This document shows positions 8,840-19,263 of a stretch of 64,000 nt of DNA, one piece after another. Made by a program: the position numbers and the translations under genes. Positions within the stretch are counted from its first letter, which is position 1, and every line of letters begins with the position of its first letter. The DNA comes from Smithellaceae bacterium (GTDB taxonomy: Bacteria; Desulfobacterota; Syntrophia; Syntrophales; Smithellaceae), in NCBI GenBank assembly GCA_963667845.2, contig CAXXVL010000002.1, forward strand, positions 1,024,001 through 1,088,000, read 5' to 3'. The notes below the pieces were generated by a model. It saw only the letters and a program-made list of their open reading frames with translations, was not told the DNA's origin and did not search any database.

Positions 8840-10867
8840 TTATCGGAATAGCTCTTCTTTTTCTTCGGGTACCTCTTCTTTTTCGGCGGGAAGAGCGTTA
8901 TCGAGAAAGCATTCATAGATTGTTCCCGGGCCTCCGCCTTGAGCCGGCCTGCCGGTCTTGTGATCGACTTTGACAAAAACGATGCCCTCCGGAACAGGAA
9001 AGGCTTCCACCGGTTTATTCTGCAGGACTTTTTCCATAAAGTAGAGCCAGATGGGTGCGGCGGCGCGTCCGCCAACTTCTTGTTTTCCCAGTGATTTTTC
9101 CTGATCGAACCCTACCCAGACGCCGGTAATCAGCGACGGCGTGAAGCCGATGAACCAGGCGTCGCGGATATCATTGGTTGTCCCCGTTTTACCGGCAACC
9201 GGCCGGCCGATGCTTTTCACCCTTCGGCCGGTACCGCTTTCGACGACGTCCTGCATGACATAAGATGTCATAAACGCTATGCGGGGATCAATGACCTGCT
9301 CCGTCTGTACTTTGGTCTCTTCAAAAACATTGCCGGTCCGGTCGACGATTTTGCGGATAAAGAAAGGAGTGACTTTCTTGCCCTGGTTGGCCAAGACGTC
9401 ATAGGCGCGCACCAGTTCCTGCAAGGTAACGCCCGATGATCCGAGTGCCAGGGACAAATTTCTGGACAGCGGAGATTCAATACCCATATTCGCCGCGTAA
9501 GACGTGGCGTAATCAATGCCGATGTCCTGCAATATCTTAACGGTCACAACATTGCGGGACTGCACCAGCGCAGTCCTCATCGTAATCGGCCCCAGGAATT
9601 TCTCATCGAAGTTTTTCGGTTTCCATAAGCCGTCTTCCTGCGACGGATCGGCGAAGACGACAGGGGAATCAACGAACCGTGTGGACGGATTCATGCCCTT
9701 ATCAAAGGCGGCCGTATAGATGAGAGGTTTAAAAGCAGAGCCCGGCTGGCGACGGGACTGCGTCGCCCGATTGAATTCACTCTTGTTGAAGTCCCGGCCT
9801 CCAACCATGGCGCGAATGGCACCGGTCTTAACCTCCATGCAATAGAGCGCGCCCTGAACGAGATCTTTTTCGTATTTACCCCGTTCCTCCATTTCCTTCA
9901 GGCCCTTGAGAAGGGCATCCCGGGCGGCCGTTTGCTCTGACAGATTCAGGGTCGTGTAAATGGTCAACCCCTCCTTGTAGAGAACATCCGCACCATATTT
10001 TTCCTGCACATAGCGGCGAACGTTTTCAACAAAATAGGCAGCCACTTTGTCCTTGGGCTTCATGGGGCGGAGTTTCAGCGGTTCAGCGGCAGCTTTGTCC
10101 ATTTGCTCCCTGGTGATAAAGCCTTCTTCCATCATACGCGTCAGAACGTATAACTGCCGTTGTTTCGCGCGGTCGAAATAGAGAAACGGAGAGTAGGTGG
10201 TGGGCGCTTTCGGTAAGCCGGCCAGGAGCGCAGCTTCCGGCAACGTCAGATCCTTGGCGCTTTTGCCGAAGTAGCCAATCGATGCCGACTCGATGCCGTA
10301 AGTACCGTGTCCGAGATAAATTTGATTCAGATACAAATTCAGAATTTCATCTTTGTTCAGATATTTGTCTATCCGGTAAGAAAGAATAGCTTCCTTGAAT
10401 TTTCGGATGTATTTTCTCTCCGGCGTCAAATACATCAGTTTGGCGACCTGCTGAGTAATTGTGCTTCCGCCCTGCACGATCTTGCCTGCTTCCACATTTT
10501 TGAACATGGCGCGGAAAATACTTTGCAGATCTACTCCCTGATGTTTATAAAAACGGGAATCCTCTGCGGCGACGAATGCGTGCTGAGCGATCTTCGGGAC
10601 ATCGGCTATTTTTACCATCTTCCTGTCTTCCAGAAAGAACTCGTCGACCAGTTCGTTATTTTCATCAAGCACGCGAGAAGCAATGCTGGGTCGGTAGTCT
10701 TTGAGTGCGTCGATTCCCGGCAGGTCCATCGTCATCAGATAGTAGGTAACGGTTCCGCCGACGGTTACCAGCAGCAGTAAGAATACGACAATAAACAAAA
10801 ATTTTAAAAGTTTAGATAATTTGATCGTTTCCCCGCGCGGTTCCACATTTTTTTTACGTTCAGACAT
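8840..10867 (-). CDS. mrcA: Class A penicillin-binding protein 1A
   Basis: N-terminal TM; transglycosylase EDSRFYKH and GGSTITQQ; transpeptidase SAFK, SRN and KTG motifs. Confidence 0.95.
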   Translation of the reverse strand: MSERKKNVEPRGETIKLSKLLKFLFIVVFLLLLVTVGGTVTYYLMTMDLPGIDALKDYRPSIASRVLDENNELVDEFFLEDRKMVKIADVPKIAQHAFVAAEDSRFYKHQGVDLQSIFRAMFKNVEAGKIVQGGSTITQQVAKLMYLTPERKYIRKFKEAILSYRIDKYLNKDEILNLYLNQIYLGHGTYGIESASIGYFGKSAKDLTLPEAALLAGLPKAPTTYSPFLYFDRAKQRQLYVLTRMMEEGFITREQMDKAAAEPLKLRPMKPKDKVAAYFVENVRRYVQEKYGADVLYKEGLTIYTTLNLSEQTAARDALLKGLKEMEERGKYEKDLVQGALYCMEVKTGAIRAMVGGRDFNKSEFNRATQSRRQPGSAFKPLIYTAAFDKGMNPSTRFVDSPVVFADPSQEDGLWKPKNFDEKFLGPITMRTALVQSRNVVTVKILQDIGIDYATSYAANMGIESPLSRNLSLALGSSGVTLQELVRAYDVLANQGKKVTPFFIRKIVDRTGNVFEETKVQTEQVIDPRIAFMTSYVMQDVVESGTGRRVKSIGRPVAGKTGTTNDIRDAWFIGFTPSLITGVWVGFDQEKSLGKQEVGGRAAAPIWLYFMEKVLQNKPVEAFPVPEGIVFVKVDHKTGRPAQGGGPGTIYECFLDNALPAEKEEVPEEKEELFR

Positions 10868-10869
10868 GA

Positions 10870-11643
10870 TTATACCTGTTGGTCTTGATCCTTTTCATTG
10901 GATTCGGGAACTTTCTCTTTTTTGCCGGCAAATTTCGCGACGAAAATACTCGCTTCGTAAAGAATCATCAAAGGAATGGCCATTAATATCTGGCTTAAAG
11001 CATCCGGAGAAGGCGTCAGAACTGCGGCCACAATGAATATGAGCAAGATGGCATATTTTCTGTTTTTGGAAAGCAGTTTGTCCGTGACAATGCCCAGTTT
11101 CGCCAGAAAGAAAATCAAGATCGGCAGCTGGAACGATACGCCGAAACCGAGCAAAAAAGTCACCAGAAAAGACAGATAGTCGCCAAATGAAATCATCGCC
11201 CGTAAATATTCGTTATTGAAACTGACGAAAAATTCAAAGGCCGGCGGCAAAACAACAAAATAGCCGAACAAAACGCCGCTTAAGAAAAGGACAGTTGACG
11301 ATAACACAAAAGGGACCACGTATTTCTTTTCCTGCGGAAGCAGCGCCGGCGAGATAAATTTCCATATCTGATAAAAAATGAAGGGGCTGGTGAGAATGAG
11401 CGAAGCGAAAAAAGCGATTTTCATATAGGTGAAAAAAGCTTGAGTCAAACCCGTGTAAATCAGATAACTGCTTTTCGGGAGCACCTGGGTTAATGGTTTT
11501 GTAATGACAGTGAACAACCAGTCCTTGAAGTAATAGCAGGCGATAAAACCAATGCCGAGCGCGATTAAAGAGTTGGTCAGCCTTTTGCGCAGTTCAATCA
11601 AATGTTCCGTTAAAGACATTTTAAGATCTTCGTTGTTTTCCAT
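10870..11643 (-). CDS. tatC: Twin-arginine translocase subunit TatC
   Basis: Motifs HLIELRKR, YQIWKFISPAL, FQLP and LTPSPD; about six TM segments. Confidence 0.97.
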   Translation of the reverse strand: MENNEDLKMSLTEHLIELRKRLTNSLIALGIGFIACYYFKDWLFTVITKPLTQVLPKSSYLIYTGLTQAFFTYMKIAFFASLILTSPFIFYQIWKFISPALLPQEKKYVVPFVLSSTVLFLSGVLFGYFVVLPPAFEFFVSFNNEYLRAMISFGDYLSFLVTFLLGFGVSFQLPILIFFLAKLGIVTDKLLSKNRKYAILLIFIVAAVLTPSPDALSQILMAIPLMILYEASIFVAKFAGKKEKVPESNEKDQDQQV

Positions 11644-11679
11644 TATATGCCGTTTTTATTGGTTTTCGAAATATAGACG

Positions 11680-11970
11680 TTATGTTGGTTTTTGGATGTT
11701 CCCGACGCCATTGCCGGATGTTTCGTCTTTCGCCTTTTCCGCTTCAGATTTTTTTAATAACAGGGAATCTTTCAGACCCTCATCGGCCTTGGGTTTATCA
11801 TCTTCCTTCAGGGCGTCTTTCAGATCCTCAGTGACGCCTTCTGTGGCATTCTTGAAATCTCTAAAACCTTTGCCCAGTGTTTTAGCCAGATCGGGCAGTT
11901 TCTTGGGTCCAACAATGAGCAATGCGATAATCGCAATGATAATGAGTTCCTGAAATCCGATACCAAACAT
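11680..11970 (-). CDS. Twin-arginine translocase TatA/TatB family subunit
   Basis: MFGIGFQELIII..GPKKLPDLAKTLGKG; directly upstream of tatC. Confidence 0.93.
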   Translation of the reverse strand: MFGIGFQELIIIAIIALLIVGPKKLPDLAKTLGKGFRDFKNATEGVTEDLKDALKEDDKPKADEGLKDSLLLKKSEAEKAKDETSGNGVGNIQKPT

Positions 11971-12143
11971 AGGAAAGTTTACCCCTTCAACGTTTAACTA
12001 CCTATATATCGAAAGTTATTTTTGTCAATGATTTTCGCTTGGGCGACTCGCGCATTTCCGGAGGGCCGACGCTGAATTCTTGTAAAGAAAAGTTACTTTT
12101 TTGTATCTTGACCTCATATCGGCCGTCCTGTACATATTATCGC

Positions 12144-12659
12144 ATGACTCTCGATGAACAAATAACCGAGATGATCCGGACGGGGTCCGGTAAGACTATA
12201 ATTGTGGCGCGTTACGGAATTGTTGCAGCGGCTGCGGGCTCAGTCTTGGCGGGAGTCTTAACCGGCAATCCGGTTTTCTATGGAATTGCTTTTGTTTTTG
12301 TAGTGATCGGATTTGTAATGTCGCGGGTAACCCCTCACATCCACAATGCCGCCAGAGGCTTGAAAGAAGGCCTGAAGCAGAGCGGTGCAGTCGTGATTGC
12401 GATTGACCACTGGACGGATGCTGAATCAAATCACTATGAATCCTATCGGGGGATTGTTTCCATTGATAACCGGCCGCTATGGCAGATGGAATTCGCAACT
12501 CCTCAGGATTGGCAGCCGATCGAAGGGACACATTCTGCGCAATTGGCTTTTATCCCCGGCATAGAATGGCCTGTTGCAGTTATCACCCCCGATGGCCTGT
12601 TATATCCGCGCCTGAAGCCTCGAGCCGCGACCGCCGTCATCACGGGATCATATCGCTAA
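12144..12659 (+). CDS. Hypothetical membrane protein (2 TM plus a beta-rich domain)
   Basis: Open frame with two hydrophobic segments; no recognised motif. Confidence 0.65.
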   Translation: MTLDEQITEMIRTGSGKTIIVARYGIVAAAAGSVLAGVLTGNPVFYGIAFVFVVIGFVMSRVTPHIHNAARGLKEGLKQSGAVVIAIDHWTDAESNHYESYRGIVSIDNRPLWQMEFATPQDWQPIEGTHSAQLAFIPGIEWPVAVITPDGLLYPRLKPRAATAVITGSYR

Positions 12660-12753
12660 GATTTTGATATAATATTAAACACTAATTTCGTGATTCCAGG
12701 CGGTGGTTCATTATTTCTTTTTTTGCGCAAAAGTTCATTGTCCCTTTTTTGTC

Positions 12754-12781
12754 TTGACAATATTATGACCATTAGTATAAC
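12754..12781 (+). promoter_or_regulatory. sigma70-type promoter upstream of the 3-hydroxyacyl-CoA dehydrogenase
   Basis: TTGACA-16 bp-TATAAC. Confidence 0.6.
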
Positions 12782-12948
12782 GGAAGAACTCTGCTCATTG
12801 AATTTCCCTCAATATCCGGCTAATGTAAGGAAGGAAAGACAATAAATCTCTTTTCCAGCCGAAAATAGACCGCGACAAAGAGCGTTATAGGCCATCATGA
12901 AAAATGGCTCATTGAATAAAAATTATTAACTGAAAGTGAGGTAGAAAC

Positions 12949-13818
12949 ATGAAGATTGAAGATGTGAAAAATGTATGTGTAGTTGGCGCAGGCAACATGG
13001 GTCATCAGATTGCGCTCCAGTGCGCTATTTCCGGTTTCAAAACCGTCAGCACGGATGTCATTCCGGCCGTTCTCGAAAAGGCTGAGAAATTTGTTGATGG
13101 TTATCTGGCCGGTCGCGTGCAGAAAGGCAAAATGACGGAAGATGTGGCGAAGGCTGTTCGTGCAAGGATCTCCTTCACCGGCGATCTGAAAGTCGCTGCA
13201 AAAGACGCCGATGTGGTTATCGAAGCGGTTCTGGAAAGAATCGACCTGAAGCGGAAAATTTTTGCCGACCTGGACAAGATTGCACCGGCCAAGGCCATCC
13301 TGGCGACCAACAGCTCTTTCATCGTGAGTTCCAGAATTGCCAGTGCCACCAATCGTCCCTCCCAGGTTTGCAACCTCCATTTTTTCAATCCGGCCCTCGT
13401 GATGAAGCTGGTCGAAGTCGTTCAGGGACCCCATGTGTCGGATGAAACGGCAAAATGCATGATGGACTTCTGCCTGAAGATCGACAAAGTTCCTATCCAT
13501 ATCAAGAAGGAAGTGGATGGATTTGTTCTGAACCGGATCTTCAGTGTCATTTCGAGAGAAGCCCTCTGGATGCTGGAAATGGGCGTTGCTTCTTATGAAG
13601 ACATCGACAAAGCCTGTGTATACGGCGCCGGTCACCCCATGGGTCCCTTCCGCCTCAATGACCTGACGGGCATCGACCTGACTTACGATATCTGCATGAG
13701 CCATTTTTATGAGTCCGGCAATCCTGCGGATCTTCCGAGCCCCAGTGTCGTCAAGTTATACACCCAGGGCAAATTCGGCCAGAAGACCGGTGAAGGCTGG
13801 TACAGCTACAAGAAATAA
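12949..13818 (+). CDS. 3-hydroxyacyl-CoA (3-hydroxybutyryl-CoA) dehydrogenase
   Basis: Motifs GAGNMG (Rossmann), IEAVLE, ATNSS, HFFNP, GFVLNRI and HPMGPF. Confidence 0.95.
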   Translation: MKIEDVKNVCVVGAGNMGHQIALQCAISGFKTVSTDVIPAVLEKAEKFVDGYLAGRVQKGKMTEDVAKAVRARISFTGDLKVAAKDADVVIEAVLERIDLKRKIFADLDKIAPAKAILATNSSFIVSSRIASATNRPSQVCNLHFFNPALVMKLVEVVQGPHVSDETAKCMMDFCLKIDKVPIHIKKEVDGFVLNRIFSVISREALWMLEMGVASYEDIDKACVYGAGHPMGPFRLNDLTGIDLTYDICMSHFYESGNPADLPSPSVVKLYTQGKFGQKTGEGWYSYKK

Positions 13819-13911
13819 TTTTTTGACAACACGCCCATCGAGACTGTTTCGGTCTTTCGGGTGATGATAAAAGGACGCCTCGAAGTCGTATGATTTCGGG
13901 GCGTCTTTGCA

Positions 13912-14787
13912 ATGACTATGAACCCTGAGTCCAAATCAGCACTGATCGTGGAAGGCGGAGGTATGCGCGGTATCTTTGCCGCAGGCGTTCTCCATGCTTT
14001 CGGCAAAGCCGGATTCGATCCGTTTGACCTGTATATCGGCGTATCGGCAGGTGCCTGCCACCTGGCCTCGCATCTGGCGGGACAAAATGACCGCAACTTC
14101 GATATTACGCTGCGCTACTCCCTCCATCCTCAGTTTATTAATGTCGGCAGGTTCTTGACAGGCGGCCATCTGATGGATCTGGACTGGATGTGGGATCAGA
14201 CGATCAGGAATTACCGTCTGGACCTCAGGCATATTGATGGAAAACTACTTGGTCAGAATAAAGAATATCTGATTGTGGCTACCTCCATGGCAACCGGTGA
14301 AGCGCTTTATCTGTGCCCCGATGAAAACACACTGGAGCATTATTTAAAAGTCTCCAGTTCACTGCCCATTCTTTATCGCAATGTTCTGGATGTGGGCGGC
14401 GAGAAAGCCACCGATGGCGGTATAGCCGACTCCATTCCCGTGCGGGAAGCTTGTAAGCGCGGCGCCGAGAACATCACGGTAATCCGGTCGCGTCCGGCAA
14501 ACTACGTCAAAAAGAAAAGCTTGCTTGCGCAGATGATCTTCTCTTTGTACTTCCGCAATTACCCGAGATTGGTGGAATGCTTTCAGCAGCGTGCCGAAAA
14601 TTATAATGCTTCTGTTGATTTTATTCATCATCCCCCTGAAGGTGTCCGTATCTTAGAAATTGCACCGCCTGCTGATCTGAATGTCGGCAGAACCACCAGG
14701 GATGAAGCGCCTCTGCGGAAAGCATATGAAAGCGGTATTGCTCATGGAGCGGTATTTATGGATCAATATCCGAAAGCCATCTTCTGA
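13912..14787 (+). CDS. Patatin-like phospholipase (YjjU-like)
   Basis: Motifs GGGMRG, GVSAG and DGG. Confidence 0.92.
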   Translation: MTMNPESKSALIVEGGGMRGIFAAGVLHAFGKAGFDPFDLYIGVSAGACHLASHLAGQNDRNFDITLRYSLHPQFINVGRFLTGGHLMDLDWMWDQTIRNYRLDLRHIDGKLLGQNKEYLIVATSMATGEALYLCPDENTLEHYLKVSSSLPILYRNVLDVGGEKATDGGIADSIPVREACKRGAENITVIRSRPANYVKKKSLLAQMIFSLYFRNYPRLVECFQQRAENYNASVDFIHHPPEGVRILEIAPPADLNVGRTTRDEAPLRKAYESGIAHGAVFMDQYPKAIF

Positions 14788-15170
14788 TCTCAAATTTATC
14801 TAAATTTTTCTTGACATAACTTGCCGGAAGTTTATATAAAATTACTGTTACACTCATCTGCCTTCTAAAAAATTATTACATGTGTTCTTAACTATCCGTC
14901 GGAAGAGAGACGGTTGTTTTCTTCGCTGCATTGATCAGCACGGAGATTGAATTTGTATCTATTTTGTCATCGGGATGCCTGACAGGAGAAGATCGGCAAT
15001 ATGACCGTCGATAAGCGGTAACCACGACGGAATCTGCTTTCGATCCGCAAAGAGCTTTACTTCCTCTGAGTTTTTTCATGGATGAAAAAGTGTTTGATGA
15101 AGCGCGCCATCTGTTTTGCAGAAAATCGAGAAACAATAGTTGCGAATTCTATCATTGAAATGAGGGAAAA

Positions 15171-15527
15171 ATGAAAAAAAGCCGGCTAAATATGATCTTG
15201 CATATGTGTTTTGCTTTTATCATGTTGACGATGATTGTCGTAATTCTTGCCATAACCTCTGACAACGCAGAGCGGGCAGATTCTGCAGCGGCAAAGGTTC
15301 AGAAACGAACAGATTCGCCTCATGCTGAGCATCAGATCGTTCTCGACCGGCCGGGAGAGGTTCGGGGGAAGATTTTGTTGCCGGAACGGAAACAGCTGCA
15401 ATCCGGCTTTCCCATTAACGACCTTGCACAAAGAAGCGGCACAGACAACATACAGCAGTGCTCCCTTGCAGAATACCTTTATTTTTGCACAGTATGGATT
15501 GACCAAAAAGGTCTTCAGTCCCGATGA
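15171..15527 (+). CDS. Small hypothetical exported or membrane-anchored protein, possibly degenerate
   Basis: GAGGG RBS, basic N-terminus and one hydrophobic segment; no recognised motif. Confidence 0.45.
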   Translation: MKKSRLNMILHMCFAFIMLTMIVVILAITSDNAERADSAAAKVQKRTDSPHAEHQIVLDRPGEVRGKILLPERKQLQSGFPINDLAQRSGTDNIQQCSLAEYLYFCTVWIDQKGLQSR

Positions 15528-15777
15528 CTGCCAGCACCTAATCATAAGAAAGGCCCTGTCCATACTGAGCAGGTCCTTCACTATTTGGATTCCCTGTTGG
15601 GTGATCGCAAAAATGAGCAGTTTGGTCTTTTGGGGTAAGTACTCTGACGGATCGCGAAAGGATCACGGACGATCAGAAAGAAGATTAAAAATAGGCACCT
15701 TCATAGTTTGTCCGTTCTTGACCGGACAGGTCATTTGTGCCATCTAATAACCACTTGACGGGCGGGAACGGATATTC

Positions 15778-17040
15778 ATGGAAAAGAAACTGATTGTCAT
15801 TTTTCTGGGATTGTTTTGCGGGCGGATGGCGCTGCGCTATATCTTACAGCGGCTCAATATGAGAAACTTAGCTTTGCACGGCAAAGAAATTCCGCAAGTC
15901 TTTGCCGGCAGTATTGACGCCGGAATACTGAATAAGATGGTGGATTACGCTTCAGAGCAATCACGTTTGGAATCCAAAGAAAACATAACCAGTGATATTA
16001 TCGAACTCGCAACCTTATTTCTTCTTCTGCCTTCACTGATCATGTGGATTACCGGAATGCACGTGCATCTTATAGGGCAGGCGCTGCTCTTTTTTGCCGT
16101 CCTCGCATTAATCAGTGGCGCCGCCGGTTTGCCGTTTGATCTCTATCATACTTTTATCCTGGAAAAGAAATACGGTTTTTCAACCATTACCTGGAGGCTC
16201 TGGCTTGCCGATGTGGCTAAATCGATCATAATTTCGGCTATTTTAATGGCAATTATCATAAGTGCCGTAATCGGCTTTGTTATTCTTCTGCCCCTGAGCT
16301 GGTGGTTCTGGGGCTGGGTGTTTTTTACCATATTTCAGATCATGCTGTTGTGGCTATACCCGGTGCTGATCGCTCCGCTCTTCAATAAATTTGAACCGGT
16401 TCAGGATGAGGCGCTGACGGAAAAGATAACGACCATGCTGGCCAAGGCAGGCCTCCAGGCGCGGGGCATTTATCAGGTGGATGAAGGCAAGCGCTCCAGA
16501 CATACGAATGCCTATTTTACCGGAATCGGCAAATCGAAACGCATCGTTTTATTCGATACACTGCTTTCTTCTCATACTCACGATGAAGTCGTATCCATAC
16601 TGGCGCACGAAATCGGGCACTGGAAAGGAAAACATATTCTCAAACAACTAGCATTTATGATTATCACTTCGCTGCTACTCTTTTACATCATTTATCATGT
16701 TGTGAATTGGTCCCCCCTGTTCAATGCTTTCCGCATCAATCAAAGCCCTGTTTATGCCGGCTTCTTTCTGATCTCGCTGTATCTTGAGATGATCGGCTTC
16801 TATTTAAGTCCAATAGGAGTTGCCGTCACACGGCATTTTGAGCGCGAGGCGGATCGAACGGCTGTGCATTTGACAGGCGTCGTGCAACCGATGATCAACG
16901 CGCTTAAACGTCTAGCCAAAGATAATTTAAGCAATCTGCACCCTCATCCCTGGTATGTACGCTTCTATTATTCTCATCCGCCGCTCGTCGACCGCATTGA
17001 ATATTTACAATCAATGGACTATAATAGAGACAAAGACTAG
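15778..17040 (+). CDS. M48 family zinc metalloprotease (Ste24/CAAX-protease-like)
   Basis: Multiple TMs; motifs NAYFTG, RIVLFDTL, HEIGH (HExxH), EREAD and SHPP. Confidence 0.95.
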   Translation: MEKKLIVIFLGLFCGRMALRYILQRLNMRNLALHGKEIPQVFAGSIDAGILNKMVDYASEQSRLESKENITSDIIELATLFLLLPSLIMWITGMHVHLIGQALLFFAVLALISGAAGLPFDLYHTFILEKKYGFSTITWRLWLADVAKSIIISAILMAIIISAVIGFVILLPLSWWFWGWVFFTIFQIMLLWLYPVLIAPLFNKFEPVQDEALTEKITTMLAKAGLQARGIYQVDEGKRSRHTNAYFTGIGKSKRIVLFDTLLSSHTHDEVVSILAHEIGHWKGKHILKQLAFMIITSLLLFYIIYHVVNWSPLFNAFRINQSPVYAGFFLISLYLEMIGFYLSPIGVAVTRHFEREADRTAVHLTGVVQPMINALKRLAKDNLSNLHPHPWYVRFYYSHPPLVDRIEYLQSMDYNRDKD

Positions 17041-17082
17041 GAGTGCAATTGGGCAAAACCATAAGTGTTCGGAGGATGAGGA

Positions 17083-18342
17083 ATGAAGAAGATTTCGACG
17101 AAGTGCGGTATTATAGCAGCCGCCATGTTCTTTCTGATGTCCGGTTCAGTTGCGGCTGCGGTCAGAATTTCCTCGCTGCCGGTGCCTCAGCCAACGGCAA
17201 AATTGCGAATCTTTGTCGTTGTGGTCACCACGGAATATAAATCCGCAAATCGCCCGGTTTCCTGGTGGGTATCACCGGAGGCATTTGAACAATGGAATAT
17301 GAAACTCATCAATAAAAAACTGCGGCAGCTGGGGTTTTATGAAGTTGTTAGTGCCTCCGATATCCAGGCTGTTCTGGGAGATCAATCGCTCTCCGCCCGT
17401 GAATGGACAGCAGGAGAGTGGAAACTGGCCAGGGATGCGGGCAAAGCGCTGCATGCCGATTATGTTTTGATTTTCGAGCGTAGCCAAAGAGTTCATCTGC
17501 AATTTGATGCAAAATTAATCAATTTGAATACGGGAAAACAATTTGAGGCTTCCGGCTATGTCCCATCCACAATGATGCGGCACATGACCAGGGGCCCAAA
17601 AATGCAAGCGGCGGGTGAAATTGTTCAAATACATTACCGTAAAATATTTCAGGAGGCTAAAAGCGACTTGCTTCAGACAGCCATTTTGAAAGGAAGATTG
17701 ACGGCTGAACAATCGACGCCGCCTCCTGCCCCGACGACCGGGAAATTTCAGAAACTACCGGACGGTTCCGAGGAGCAGGGTGTTCTAATGCCACCCAAAG
17801 AAAAAGCGGTAAAGGGTCTGTCCGCTCCTTTGCCGGTGAAAGCTGAAGCATCTGCTCCCGAAGAAGGTAAAAAGAACCAGTTGAAATTTGAAAGGGAATT
17901 GGGAAGCGCTCTTTCATCGAAAGATAAGAAGACAAACAGTCCACGTCTTGTTGTCTATGATTTTGATGCTGCCGATAGGATGAAAGTTGTTGGGCTGATC
18001 CTCACGGAAGCCCTTCGCGAAGAATTGTTCAATTTGGGCGACTTCGTACTGGTGAATCGGGAAAGTATTTTAAAAGTCATGGATGAATATAAACTGCAAC
18101 AGACGTCTCTGGTCGATGAAAAACAAGTTGTCGCTGTCGGTAAATGGCTGGCGGCTAACGAGGCGATAACGGGTAATCTGGCCATTATCGGCAATGTCAG
18201 TATCCTGCAGGCCAAACGGGTGGACATTAGAACTCTGGGTACAATGGCGCTGGGGTCTGTGAAGTGTTCAGCCGGTCGGGAAGATGAACTGCTGGACAAG
18301 ATACCGGAGTTGGCCCGGAAACTGACAAAATTGCCAAAATAG
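17083..18342 (+). CDS. Secreted protein with two CsgG/TolB-N-like alpha/beta domains and a Pro-rich linker
   Basis: Signal peptide; repeated pattern F.VV..I..VL ... GK.L.A....G in both halves. Confidence 0.6.
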   Translation: MKKISTKCGIIAAAMFFLMSGSVAAAVRISSLPVPQPTAKLRIFVVVVTTEYKSANRPVSWWVSPEAFEQWNMKLINKKLRQLGFYEVVSASDIQAVLGDQSLSAREWTAGEWKLARDAGKALHADYVLIFERSQRVHLQFDAKLINLNTGKQFEASGYVPSTMMRHMTRGPKMQAAGEIVQIHYRKIFQEAKSDLLQTAILKGRLTAEQSTPPPAPTTGKFQKLPDGSEEQGVLMPPKEKAVKGLSAPLPVKAEASAPEEGKKNQLKFERELGSALSSKDKKTNSPRLVVYDFDAADRMKVVGLILTEALREELFNLGDFVLVNRESILKVMDEYKLQQTSLVDEKQVVAVGKWLAANEAITGNLAIIGNVSILQAKRVDIRTLGTMALGSVKCSAGREDELLDKIPELARKLTKLPK

Positions 18343-18362
18343 AATAGCCGCAGGCGAAATAA

Positions 18363-18644
18363 TCATTTTTTGAACAAGGCTTCGAGTTTGTCTTTGGGAT
18401 CAATAGGCACTGCCTTCGTCTCTTCGGATTCGTTTCGGAAATGGAAGAAATCGCAGAAGTTGGAGCGGCTCTTGTCAAGGACCCGCTCAGCCTGCACTTC
18501 GCGGCAATCATTGTATGCACCGCGCTCATAAAAGACGCAGTTGAGGCAGCTGTGAAGATCGCTTCCGCAGAAAGGGCACTGTTCCTGTCTGCCGACAAAT
18601 AGATCGGCGAGAATTTCTTTCTTGCAATGTCGGCAGGTATTCAT
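18363..18644 (-). CDS. Small Cys-rich putative zinc-binding protein
   Basis: Three CxxC motifs plus further Cys; ends ..LEALFKK. Confidence 0.75.
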   Translation of the reverse strand: MNTCRHCKKEILADLFVGRQEQCPFCGSDLHSCLNCVFYERGAYNDCREVQAERVLDKSRSNFCDFFHFRNESEETKAVPIDPKDKLEALFKK

Positions 18645-18786
18645 ATTGCAAAAATACAGACAATGCATATTTTTTGTCAAGTCACATTCGCATCCTTACT
18701 TGTGCCATAGGCTACTTCGTCTTTTAAACGTGAAATTGAGATTTGGATGTGATATGGCATGCATCATTACTCACCCGGAGGTCATT

Positions 18787-19263
18787 ATGGCGGATAAGTC
18801 GAAACTCGGCATGGAGTTCCCGCTTTATTCGATCAAAGTCGAAAAAAACAAGATTGCGGAATTTGCCGCAGCAGTTGCACAGAAGGACGACACGGATCAA
18901 ATCAAAGAAATTTATCGTGACGTTGATGTGGCAAAAAAAGCCGGTTACGAAAATATCCCGGTTCCTCCGACATTTCCCACAAGCTTTGTTTTTTGGACGG
19001 GCGGCGGCTTGCTGGGCACCGTCAATGCCGTAGGTGCGGATGTAAGCAAACTGCTGCACAGCGAAGAAGATTATGAATATTTCGCCCCAATTTGTGCGGG
19101 AGATGTTATTACCCGCAAAATGAAGGTAGTGGATATGTATGAGAGAGGCAAAAAGGAACGAAAAGGGTGGTATGTGCAAGTGACGACGCTGGAAACGGAA
19201 TTGATTAATCAAAGGGGAGAATTGGTCCTGAAGGCGCGTACGACATTCATGGAAAAAGGATGA
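18787..19263 (+). CDS. MaoC-family dehydratase N-terminal-type (HadA-like) hotdog subunit
   Basis: VEKNKIAEFA, VPPTF and LLHSEEDYEYFAPICAGD; GGAGG RBS. Confidence 0.88.
   Translation: MADKSKLGMEFPLYSIKVEKNKIAEFAAAVAQKDDTDQIKEIYRDVDVAKKAGYENIPVPPTFPTSFVFWTGGGLLGTVNAVGADVSKLLHSEEDYEYFAPICAGDVITRKMKVVDMYERGKKERKGWYVQVTTLETELINQRGELVLKARTTFMEKG

Noticed and set aside
15525..15638. TGA ending ORF 15171-15527 is followed by 36 more open codons (possible selenocysteine or read-through)
   Set aside because: No redox-motif context and no convincing SECIS hairpin; chance or a nonsense mutation is as likely.
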